A stretch of 63,627 nucleotides of DNA, counting the filler, from Choristocarpus tenellus KU-1152 (Eukaryota > Protista > Phaeophyceae): NCBI GenBank assembly GCA_964200185.2. It is 9 parts of 9 records of this genome, joined end to end, with 100 filler letters (N's around TTAATTAATTAA, not from the genome) between each part and the next. Parts side by side here need not be neighbours in the genome. Positions count along the whole stretch, not along the records: positions 36,957 to 59,036 come from CAXNAD020000303.1; 8 more parts are not named here. One strand, given 5' to 3'. Numbering within the stretch: the first letter of the stretch is position 1; the number at the start of each line of letters is the position of its first letter. This document shows, piece by piece, positions 39,172 to 51,200 of the stretch. The position numbers and the translations under genes were made by a program. The notes beneath the pieces are model-generated. The model did no database searches. It saw only the letters and a list, made by a program, of their open reading frames with translations, and was not told the DNA's origin.

Positions 39172-40867
39172 ACTACTACACGGTGGTGTAAAATCCCTAG
39201 AACTACATGTCCTCAAAAATAAAATGAAATGTTATCCCTGTTACTGACCAGAGGCATTGCTCATTTCGCAACATCCCTGACTCCCACCCTCCTTCCCACC
39301 CCCAATGGCCCTGCGGGGGCCTGCTTGTATCCCTGACTGCTTGTTGTTAAAAACCCTCTCTTTTCCCACAGACTCCCTGGGTCTTCCTCCAAGCATAGTT
39401 GACTGCCTCCGCCGGTCAGACAACCTGTAGTCTGTGCTTATTTGCCCTCGAGTATGATAGAGGTACACATTGAATCGGGTTTGCTCTGTAGTGCTCCAGG
39501 CAGCTATGCAGTTATTTGCTTTGGTACAGTGGTGTGAACTTTTTTTTATAGACAATTTGGAGGATGCTGCTGTGGGCGGTTGAGGATACATATACTCAAC
39601 ACTCAAACACAGATACACATGCACAAGCACGCACGCGCGCGCGCGCCGATATTGATGTGGGCCATCATTATGTAGGCACAAAGATGCACGGTAGAGGGAA
39701 GAGGGCAGAGGGTTGGTGAATTTCATTGTGCAGCTGTAGTTCAGTCTGTGTGTAAACAAAAGATGAGTACATTTTACATTGGTAGCTATCTATAAGAAGG
39801 GAGGTGGGTGTTTTACGGATGGAAGGTTGGTGATATTGTGGTTCAGTTTCTGTCAAGTGCAGTAAGGCTTCTAAGGGGGTCATGAAGCTTGGGTGTGGCT
39901 TCGGGTAAAAACCAGGAGAGATGCTTTCTGCTTCCATGGTGACTGTAGAATGTGGAGTTGCAGCTTCACTTGAGCTGTGTTTTGATTGTGGTGCATTTAT
40001 TGTAGCTATCAACTGGTTAAGAGGGGGCAGGAGTGTAACTTTTTTGAGGATCCTGGGGCTCCAATACCATGTTGTGCTGCTTCTTGTGGAGTTTCTCCAG
40101 GATTTCTCGACGCTGCTCCGTTATCACTCTATTCTTGAGTAGGTTGAGGTGCTTTTCAGTATGACAATACTTGCATTGGTGACATTTTATGAGTCATCCA
40201 TTGTTGTTGTCTGCATGTGGTCGAGCCTGGCAAAGCTGCAGTCGCCGATGCACTCTTGTGCCTGGGGATACACTTCAACGCTAAGCATGGGTACCACTTT
40301 TCTCTGTTAAGGTATATGGTGTGTTGTTTTGTGGTGGTGCTGTTGTCCGTGCAGCACAATAACGCATTTTGTGTGTAGAAACCTGCATTGTAGGATGTTG
40401 ATTTGATGCTCTCATCCCTACTGTGTATTTATGGCACCAAGATCAAATCAAGTCCAGGCCTTCCAAGGGTTGATGTTACTACAGGTAGTGTTGTGAGGAA
40501 CATTCCACAAATTTATTTATTTTTTTTGGTACCCATGACTATACATACGGAGAAGCAATCTATGAATTAAAAAAACATCCACCACGCCAACAACCAGTCG
40601 CAGACTTCAACAACAGCACACACACACCCAAGTGCATCCATCCATACTTGGCACCACCACACACGCAACTGCGCTTCGCTTGAGCAGCGCTTGTTAAAAT
40701 CCGTACATGATGAGTACTCGGCGTAGTAAGGGCATAAATCAGCAAATCAACTCAATGCGGACTACAGCTCTTTGTGGATATATGCCCAGTGGCCACATGC
40801 AGGTGCCCCACGCCAGGGAGAAGGTACATCCTAATTCACCACTACAACACAAACTATTCGCAATGAA

Positions 40868-43800
40868 TCAACTATACCTCCCAAGTGGAGGGCTGTGGAG
40901 GACAAATCTCGCACTGTGTGGGGCCTCGGTTGGTGTCCTTGACCTTGAACTCCCAACAGCAGAAGCTGCTCTACCTATGGTCCTGTCCCGGCTGTTGCTG
41001 CCCTCCCCCCGCCATGGACCCCCCAGACTTGGCAGCACTCCTTGCCCCGTTCCTCGGCTTCTCCCAGCAGGAGTGCCCCCCCCACCGCTGCCCTGCAATT
41101 GTTGCACCTGGACCTTCCTTGGCATCTTGAAACCGCCTCGCCACACGGTTGGATGGGAGTTGACTGGTATTGGGGAGGCGCATGCAAATTTCATACGTCC
41201 GCCTAATGTCTGCCCACCACTCTCGTCTTGTTTACATGGCGAACTGTGGAGTAGAAGCGTGTTAGTTATGAAGGCGTGGAGGGGGGGGGAGGGAGGGATG
41301 GGAGTGGGCTGGTGTATCACATGCAATAGTGATAAATATTCGTATGTATATATATATATATACTCGAAACATTTTTCCGTATGTTGTAGATGGTGTAAGT
41401 GTGTCTTCTTGGTATGTGTGAGTGGAGTGTGTAGAAGGGAGGTCATCACACTTTGTTAGTCTTTGTCTTCCCATTCTCTCACTCTGCATGAGCTGTGTGG
41501 GGAGGGTGAACCCTGGCAGCCATAGACATTGGCCTGTCACACACGATGCATTGGACACGACCCACAGCGCCTCCCATGGTGTTGTTTTCCGGCAAGAGGC
41601 CGGCCCTATTGAGCTCATTGATAACACGATCCATGATGGGCTTGATATTGACTGTTCCTTGCGTCTGATTGGGCATGGTTGCAGTAGAGAGTAAGTAATG
41701 TGCTACTATGGACACGCTACAATTGTTTGGTGGAGGTACAAGATTGACAAGGGCTTTGTTAAAGCAAAGACGCCCTGGGAGTAGTACTTTGTCAGGATTG
41801 CACACCTTGAACAAAAGCACCACCGGATACCGTAGTGCTGAGGTAAGGGATGAAGCTGCTGGGGGTTATACGAATATTTCCTCATTTTCATAATGTTTCT
41901 GGAATGGAATTGTACAAGGTAGCACTATACGCTGTTATCATCATACAGTGCTTTATTGTGGGATAATTTGTTTGCTGTAATGATACACTTTCTAGGTGAG
42001 TTGGCTAAGCACATGGTAGGAGGGAGAGGGGTAGGAGGCTACAGCAGGAAAGGGGCTGTCAAATCCCGTCTACAAGAGATAGTGTCTGTAACAACACAAG
42101 TAGCTCTATCTAGACATGTCATGCGTTGCTAAGCTGGAGACACCAGGGAGATGGGCAAGGAGGGACTTGTTAGATTCTTGGGATGCTTCCCTAGCTCCTC
42201 ACTCTGGGGTGCAGGACTAAGCTAGGCTGGAGGCACAGGAGGGCAGTGGTGTAGCATAGCTGGTAATGAAATAGTAAATAGATCAATGTCTTTCACATTT
42301 ACGACAACTGTTACTTTTTTTTTAGGGATTGTTCTGACATTTGAATGGTTTTTTCAATGATTTTTCCCCCAACACATCTGCAAAATGTTAGAGGGCATAA
42401 TAATAATTAATTCACTAAACAGGAAAGCAAGCCATCATCGCACATTTTGCCTTCCACCGAGGCAGTGGTGTACGCACACAAAACATGTTGACAACCCCGT
42501 TATATCTGGGTTTTTTTTGTAATTTGGAACCAGTGAATCAAAGCCTGCCTGGAGGTAAATCATGCGATGGAGGAGCTCGGCACACAGGACAATTTTCTTG
42601 ACTTAATTGATGAGCTCAAAACAATAAGGAATTATATTGCCGATCGTTTATCCGTCATAGATTGAGTATCACAGATGGACCATGCTTGCCTTCTGTAGCT
42701 TCTTGAGACTAGTTTGAAAGTTCTGCGACAGGCTGTTGAATGCAGCCTCCAGAGCTGTCACAGCCTCCCTGTCTCTCGCAGAGAGTACTTCATCGGCCTT
42801 AGAAGCTTCGATCCGAGCAAGCTCTAGCTTAAGAGTCTCCAACTCAGTCTGATCGACCTTGTTGTCCAGCAGCGAAGCCACCTGCATGCCGCCGGCACCC
42901 GAGAGCAACAATAAGGAGGAACAAAAGCTCAATGTGCCCAGACTGCTACTGTTGACACCAAAAAACGTGTGCAGTAGGGGAGGGAGGGCTCGGCGCGATT
43001 GAGAAAAACTTTGTTGCATGTTTGAGTGTCTGCAAACGGTTATCTGTTGTCACCGCTGCCATCTTCTGACCAACCTGTTGATTTCTAACCATTCCACTTC
43101 AAAAACTGATCAGAGTAGTCACTGCAAATATCATCTGCAGTTGCCAGCAAACTCCACTTGGGCAATGCCTCGCCTATGGGAAGCTCATGCATTACCGTAC
43201 CTTGTTTGCAACCTGACCCATGCTAAGGATCTCACTCCCCAGGACCTGGACGTTGTCGCTCATGCTGGCAAGGTTCTGATTGGCCCTTGTTATGTCTTCC
43301 CCATGCTCCTGTTGTTCCCCATGTAACTTTTCAAGACGCTTGGCCATGTCCGCTGTGTAGGCTGACACTACAGTTGACACTCGCCTCATTGACATTGCTG
43401 CATCTTGCTCTGCCGTTCGGATTGCTTCTTCCCTGTCTTGATCATCCATCCTCTGTTCCAGTCCTGCAATAGCACCCTGTAGTCGTCCCTCCAACTCTAT
43501 CATACCTTGCAATGCCGACTTGAGATTATGTGACTCCTCTGTCTGTTCCTCCAGACCTCTGAGCTGGGTGCGGATTTCTTCCAGATGACTAAGCACCTCG
43601 GGATCAGGGAGTTTTGAAGCTTCAAGTGTTTTTAGTCGTTGCAGGTGGTCGCTCAACTGCATGAAAAGGTCAGGATCCGTGGGGACATTGCCAACCGTAG
43701 GGTTGGACATCTTCCAGGCCTCGAGGAGGTTGATGCGAGAGGCAAGCTGCTCTAAAATGCTGTTGCTGGTGGGCCTGTAGTCTGCCATGAGTGCCTGGAA

Positions 43801-46800
43801 CTTGTCTGTCTTTGAGATGATGTCATCAAGCTGGAACCATTAAAAAAAATTCCCGTGCGTGGAAGGGGTAAAAATAAACAGGTTTATGACGGAGAGGGGG
43901 AAGAGGGTGAGGGAGGTTGTGGTGTTACTGTGGCAGTTAGTTGGTGGAAATGCCCATCACCTCTAACTATACATTGCGTCCACATATATGTATATCAAGA
44001 TATTCACTGTTCTTGACAGACCTCGCTTACCCTTCTTCTCCAATCTATTGACAAACAGCACTTGAAAATCGATCATGACCAACCGAGACTGCATTTTCAC
44101 CACTTCAGTTGAATTGCTTCAAGTTTTCTGTACTGCTTGATGAAGCCAGGCACATAATCCTGGAGTGCTCTTGAGTGGAAAAAAAAAAGCACCCTATACA
44201 AAGAAAGCGTGGAGATGTAAGCAACTCCTCCTTGTGTAAACCCTTAGCAAGGACTAGGTGGATAATGAGATGGACACATCTAGAGTACCGATCTTATTAC
44301 GTTGAAACAATACGTCAAAATGACTTTTCCATCTCCAGCACATGGCGCTCCTGAAATATAGCAAGAAGCCGGGTGCCTTCTCTCCGAAGCACTGAAATGA
44401 TACAGAAGCACCCAAGATATGAATATCCTTCAAGAACCATACAGCACCAATCTCTTACATACATTTGAAAATGATGTGTGTGTGTATATATATATAGGGT
44501 CACATCAAGTGAAGGGCACTTTTCCATTTGTGAATCAAGAACAGAAAGCTTTGTGCTACTAATATTACAAAAATGGAGACCACCCCAATATCCCTTTCTG
44601 CTAGTGAGGAAGAGAGTATCATGATTGAGTCTGATCTAAAGTATCTTAGAGGGTAGAGCTGCGTCTATTCGGAATCATAAACCCAAACGTTGCAATTTCG
44701 ATGTAATTTTGGCTATCGTGTTTGTTAGCAAGTGTCAGTAATCCTTGCTCCAGACACACTTTTCACAGTCACACATTTTAGGTAACTACAATCACACAAA
44801 AAAACGAAAAAGGGTGTAAAAAACAACAACAGACAAACAGGTCAAAACTCCTATCCCCTTAAATGTTCTGAATCTTTGTAGACTGCTACTGTACCTAGCT
44901 CAATGGAGCAAACATGTGCAGTACAGATCTTCCAAATTCATTAGACAATCTGGCCCGATTTTTCATTTTCATCAAGTGCAGGGATTTTGACATACTCTTG
45001 GAGTTAACTATCATCGTAGAAAGCAAAGGTTACAGAGTGTGGTGCAACAATACTCGATTGGTTCAAAATATATGCTGGTGCAAGAAAGTATTTCTGCACA
45101 CTCTGTTATGATTAGAACCGCACACAACACCACTGGTTTGCTCGAATATCAGGTCTAAAGTAACATACAACGAGGGACAAGGAGTGCCAAATCTTATTTC
45201 TGAGTGAGTATATATTGTTTTTGTTTAGGCAAGGAAACACCATATCCTCACAGTTGCTGGTGTATACTACATTACATTAGTGTAGTCAGGTAGAGCGGAA
45301 GTTCCTCTCACCTGGTGTTGATGTTTGAGAGTTAACGCAATGTGCAGGAGATGTTCTGTATCCTTCAGGCCATTTACTAATTCTCCAGGATTGGGCTCCC
45401 CTGTCTCTGACTGGAACATATTACTACCAAACACTCTTCCCGAACCTGACAAAGTGCTGACAATACTTGGGGTCTCTTCCGGGACGTCACCACCACTATA
45501 TATGACCATGCCTGACCCATTTTGTCCAGTGTCCTGTAATGTCTCAACTTGAAAATCAGGGTCCGTGACTCTCTTTGCTGCTTCTACAACCAAGCTTGTA
45601 GGGACACAGGCCTCCATCCAAGCCAATCTTTTCCATTTTGCAAGGGGTGCAAACAGGTGGAGGAGCGTAGAGGATAGTTTGGCTAAGGGATTTGAGTCGT
45701 GTATAGACCCGTGGTTGCGAAGAATAAATAGGCTTAGATCAGATTTGGGATGAATACGAACATTCTGACCAATACACTAAAGTGTATCACCCACCTACTA
45801 CATGCCTGTTGATAGAGCTTATCGCTGCACTGTTGCTCTGTCTTGCTGGAGTCATCCCAGGCGGAGTCCTCCCCCCAGCACATGCTTTGATCTACTTCCC
45901 TGCCAGTACCTTGGTTCACATTCCCACATTCCCCCAGCGCCGATATAAGAGTATCTTTGATGACCTTTTCCCGTTCCACAATGTACAGCAGGCTGCCTCT
46001 AAGTCCAGACAAGCGGTCCCCATTTTCTGGAGCTCTATTGTGGTGTGCTACTTGGCTACTCAGTATGCCTTTGACTACACGTTGAAGGCTTTCAAATTTG
46101 TTGTTCAATTCAGTCTGCGCTACTATAACTGCCTTTCCCGCGCTCTTAAATAGTGACATTCTCTCTACTCTCTCTTTCCTTGTACTTCCTTCAATATCCT
46201 CCCATTTTACTTCCTCATCACTCTCTGGCTCCTGCCCAAGTCTCTCTCGTTGCTCATGCTCCACCCCATTTTCAGGCGCAGATGTTCCAGTTTTGTGAGC
46301 TAGCCCCTCCAGATCATTCTTTTTGCTTGCGTCAGGTTCCTCTGCTATGCTCATCTGGCCTACGGTTGCACTATGCTCTCTCGATACCAAGTCAGCTTGT
46401 TTGTCTTTGTCCCAAGCAATCTTTACTTTAGGCCTCATCCCCTCTCCCCACACTACATCCTCGAGCGTGACTACTCGACTTTTCAAGTCATCCCTATGCA
46501 TCACAAGATTATCAAGGGTGGCTACCCTGGCTTCAAGTTCTTGCATTTTTTGCTGGAGTGCAGACTTTGATCAGGAGATTATTTAGGAAAAAGGAGAGAG
46601 TAAGCGTGAATGAGTATACCTAGCTAGCACTGTCTTTCTTCCAAATACGCAAGAAGAGGTCAGAAGTCAGATGGGAGAGCAGGTGAGGGAGTAAAGGTTA
46701 GGTGCTGCTCTACACCAAAATCATCATGATGTAGGTCATACTTTCAGGTCATGATTTCGTTTTGCTCTTGAAGCTGATAGTTCACTGGGAAGTATGGTAA

Positions 46801-47883
46801 GTGTTGCAAGCAGAATTTTTTTGACACGGATGGTCGGCCTCTATAGTGGTTCTGTTTGAAGTAATCTCGGTTGTAGATTGTTGGAGAGCGCTGAAGTTCT
46901 ACTACATATTTATTAGAAAGTATATTCTGAATGTTTGATTAACATTGTAACGTCCACCAAAGGGATGCCATATATGTGTACCCTCGTTTTTCCAATCCGA
47001 GATTAAGGTTGGGCATTCAAATAGCAAAAGAAGTTGTGTGTGTGCCATGGTTTATTGGTATGATAGAACCTATCAGCGTGTATTTAGTTGCAAAAAAAGG
47101 AATCATGGTTAAGGACATCTGCAGTTCTCACCAAAGAAGGTTCAGATTTCGAAGCTACTAACTAGAGGACCATAATGTCAAACTACAATAAACAAACACA
47201 ACTATCTGAGTGGCATTAACGGCTAGTGCCGAATGTCTGAGATTCCCGCACCGAATACATGCGAATTGCGATAATGATGCAAGTACATGTAGCTCTGAAG
47301 AAAAACGAGTTATCTCGGTAAGTGGAAGGGGGAAACAACTGATGATCATGTTAAAAATAGGTAGAGAAAAAATATTACTTGAGTGCTGTGTGATCTTACT
47401 CACATTTTCCCCTTCATCTGTCTTGACGCTGTCGGCATGTTTCTCGAGAGTTTCCAATCGGGCGAGAAGCACGGCGAGGGCATCTTCACTAGCGACCCTG
47501 TGTTGCGTACTCTCCTCATGATGCAGCAGTAGCGTATCTCTTAGGATGTTTATTTGAGCATTCATCACCCCCACCGTTTCTGATCAAATGTGAGCAATTC
47601 GTAAGTGTGGCTGAGAGGAGGAGTCATTCGGACAACTACAACAACAACCAGAATATACATCTTTCAGGAACTTCCATCTTAAGGTACCTGCAAGCAGTTT
47701 GACATCAATTGTGCAAACGACGAGTCCATTTGCCTCCACCCCATTCTCGAGCGCAGACGCGGGCCATTCTTCCTTCAATTTGACGGAGAATGATGATGCG
47801 ATAAGGCTTGGTCTTGTCACCGCCACAGTTGCATTCCCCCCGTCAATTTCTAAAAGATTATCTCCTTGCATGCCCACTGACAT
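40868..47883 (-). CDS. Long coiled-coil protein with a C-terminal DUF4795/QRICH2-C16orf96-like CxxCDRP motif (~961 aa); exons 47883-47688, 47579-47404, 46564-45795, 45627-45312, 43830-43201, 42881-42690, 42596-42549, 41664-41483, 41243-40868
   Basis: Exon phases are mutually consistent and sum to 2886 nt. Heptad-rich segments; LLDNKVDQTEL...SKAD; GGAVGRVQCIVCDRPM; VWRGGFKMPRK. Confidence 0.8.
44633..44874. mobile_element. MITE family A' (intronic)
   Basis: gatctaaagtatcttagagggtag ... ctatccccttaaatgttctgaatc; the interior is homologous to 58107-58365. Confidence 0.75.
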
Positions 47884-48217
47884 GTTTCTAACCACTGTCC
47901 CTGCAGAAGTGCCAACCAATCCTAGGTGAATGCACACCCAATTTCAACTCTCTGGGTAGGTACAAGTGAAAATGTACTTCAACAAGCTCAATGTGATGTT
48001 CGAGGAGGAAGTAGGAAAGTCACCCTTTTCTAACTTTGATTTTTTCATTTCTGATAAGGAGGGAAGCACGTAACCTTACACTTCGCCAATAAGCGGTTTC
48101 ATCGTTTCAGACAACCACATTATCCAAAAGAACATTCTCTTGACGACCGATCTCACTATAAAACGCAAGGAATATTGCACGATGGTGGATAAGAAGCAGA
48201 GAAAGGGCCTCGAAAAT
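47884..48217. promoter_or_regulatory. Putative bidirectional promoter between the DUF4795-like and SPEF2-like genes
   Basis: Divergent ATGs at 47883 (-) and 48218 (+) are separated by 334 bp that contain no recognisable repeats. Confidence 0.55.
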
Positions 48218-51200
48218 ATGTCGAGGGGTGGTGTAAAATTGATCCATCCTCCCCTCGTCACCGTACGACCAAAGCTCTTCCGTCGCGCGAGTTTAACATC
48301 ATGGGGCAAGGACAATCTGGCCATGACGAGGGCAGCAGCTGATGTCAACTTGAAGGAACTCATGTTGACAGTCCAGCAACAAAAGGTTAGCACTGGGTTA
48401 TCCAGATGGTAACGGAAGGTAGAAAGTGTTGTGTGTACGAGTCTAACAATCTATGAGGCACTCATTGTTGGAACTCGCCCTAATACTGTAATCTGGCAAG
48501 TCGTAGTGATTAGTTGTCCTGGGAAAGGAGCAACCGTGAGTGAAGGTCGTAAGTACCATTTATTCTAAATATGTGACGTCGACATCACCCAGATTTCGAT
48601 TATTTTATCACATTAGAAACTCTTCTCCAAGGATGCCTTCGCATATGCCTCGTATCTCCAGTTTGAAGATCAGAAAAAGGCCGACCAGAGGAAAGTGACG
48701 AAGGAGGAAAGTCATATCCAGGGAAATGCTCTAGCTTTCCGACATTACAGGAGGCGTTGTTTACTTTCCCGTTCCAAGGCTCGACGGGAGTTCTATTCTG
48801 AATGGGAGAAGAATTGCCGCATGAAGTGGAAGTCGAACCAGGCTGCTCTTTGCCGATATGAAAGGAGGCTGCTAAACTACGAGCTCGCTATAATAGAGAA
48901 GGAGTCGGCTCAAAAACGCATTTCTCGTGATATGCACTTGAAAGATCAGATCAAAGGAATTCAATGGTTCGAGAAAAATCTTGACAGACTCGGCCTAGAT
49001 CTGAACTCTGGAGGGAACGACCCCAGTGACAGCCCTTTTGCACCATGTAAGGACAGCCAGGCCACTTACCAAAAAAAGATTATGCAACAGTACATAGAGC
49101 AGGGGTTTGACCCTAGTAGCAATGCGGAGATGATGGAGCAGTTACGGATTCAGGGAGATGCAGGACGGAAGGCTCGAAAAGATCGCCACTATCGGCGACA
49201 CAAGACGGACTGTGATCAGCGGCGTGCTCAAGCTGAGGCTAATGCCCAGTGTGAAGAGGAGCAACGCCTGAAGTTCATGATTGACTCTGGGCGTCAGCGC
49301 AGGGCTACAGCTGGTGCACACTTGGAGAAGAGTCACAAGAAGGCCAATGAAGCACAGTTTACTGCCATGCGGCTTCAAATCCTTGCCGAAAAGCACAGGG
49401 AGCATTTTGATGTAGTTTTCCAGGAGCGAGCGTCCGGAATCCGGAAACGTTTTTGTGCAGAAGAGAATGCTCGAGAGGCAGAAAGGAGAGCACACAATAT
49501 CCTACAGCAAGCCAGGGTTGAGAACAAGTGGCACCGTGCTGAGGTCCTGTGCCGAGAGGCTGTCCACAAGCTTATTGACCTCACTGTTGTTGCATCCGAG
49601 TTGAGGTCTGGGCAGTGCGGAAAACCCCTCACTCCAACACTCTGGAAGGCCCTCAAATCAAGGTACATCTCACCTCAGCCATTCCATAAAGCAGAGAAAA
49701 CGTTAGATCCCCACAATGCTAGAAATCCTACACTCAAGGCCAAGGCCTCCCTACAGCTCCAGGACCTTCTCGATTGCAAAGGGGAGTGGCAGTACAACAG
49801 AGAAGCAACCACAGCAGTTGGATTGAACATGACGGATCCAATCGAAGCAGCATTGAATTCAGCAAGAGAGCTGGTTCAGCATAACATGCAGCCACTACGA
49901 GAGTCCCCTTCATGTGGGACATTGACTTTGAAGGTGGTGATTCGTGGGCCTCTTATGCAGCCGAGTAATATCTTCTGGGAGCTTGGGCAATGGGCTGGTT
50001 TATACGTGTGCGACTTAGAGCAGGCGCTGGTATGTGCCATGGAGGTGGCCAGTGATCATAAAGGAGACCATCAGGGTTTGGCAGATGATGGCATTGTGGG
50101 GGTAGGCCAAGGTGGTGACGCTGGTGATAGCAGTGACAATGGTGCTCGTGACAAATTCGTCGAAACAGGGACCCAAAATCTTGAGCCCTTTTCCCCTCTT
50201 GCGTTGGAGGAGGATATAAATTCCTTTAAGGAATTGGCAGCTACCTTCTACGAACTGAAAACAAACCCTAAGAAGGCTTTGCTCCCAGTGCCTCTAAAGA
50301 TGACCACAGAGCTTCTTGTGAAGCACCTCGACTGCAAAGCCCCTGGTGGGGGCTGGTTGCTTGTCAATTACCCCCGCACACTACTTGAAGCAAAGCTACT
50401 TGAAAACTCTCTGAGTGGTTACTCAGATGATGACGTAGTGACTGAACTTAACGGTGGCAAGCGGCCAAGGAACACCAAGAGGAGTAGTGCAGGACGGAAC
50501 AGCGTTCAAGTCGGCATTTCACCCCACCAACTCGGGGCAGGATTGGATGGGGTTATTGACGTCATATCTACCAACTTCTCAACGGATAGTGCTGCAAAGG
50601 AAGCTGGAGAAGTTTATGAAACGGGAGAAATATGCTCTACTGGTGGAAAGAATGAGGTTCAGGCTACCTCAGGAAGTAGCACAAATGAGGTTAACTTGGA
50701 GGGTGATGAGTTTGTGAGATGGTGGAGAACCTTTGCAGGAAACTATCTTTATTGCAGTATAAAGTGTGAGGTGAACAGGGAGCTTCTCCTGGAGACTTTA
50801 TTCTTGCTATTGGGCGCAACAGAACACGGCAAGGTACTTCTGCTAGGCTCAGATATTTTTATTCTCTATTTAGAATACTAGTGTTGTAGTAATAATCGTG
50901 TGGCTGAACAATATGATATCCCACTGGTTTGTACTCAAACCTTGCAAGAATAGTGTCCAAATAGAGTGCCTCCCTACCCTTAACAAGAAAATCTGAGTCT
51001 TCACAACTGTGGTATCACCTTCCTTTAATCTACTCTCACCCCTTGTTGCACTTGTGGTTGTTCTTGGTCCAGGGACTGAGGGATAGCCACTCCAACACTC
51101 AAACCAACTGTAAACCAAACGAGGGGGAACAAGTTAGTCCCCTGATCCTACAGGGGTGTACAGAGAATGAAAGGGATAAAGTCGAGGAGGGGGGGATTTC

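Noticed and set aside
39241-40360. Coding-like minus-strand ORFs downstream of the DUF4795-like gene
   Set aside because: Frames are interrupted by stops, and there is no recognisable domain or consistent exon chain.
43250-43285. Plus-strand peptide VVAHAGKVL resembling the RTE LINE motif LVAHAGKVL
   Set aside because: It is antisense to a well-supported coding exon (43830-43201) and no other RT motifs lie nearby.
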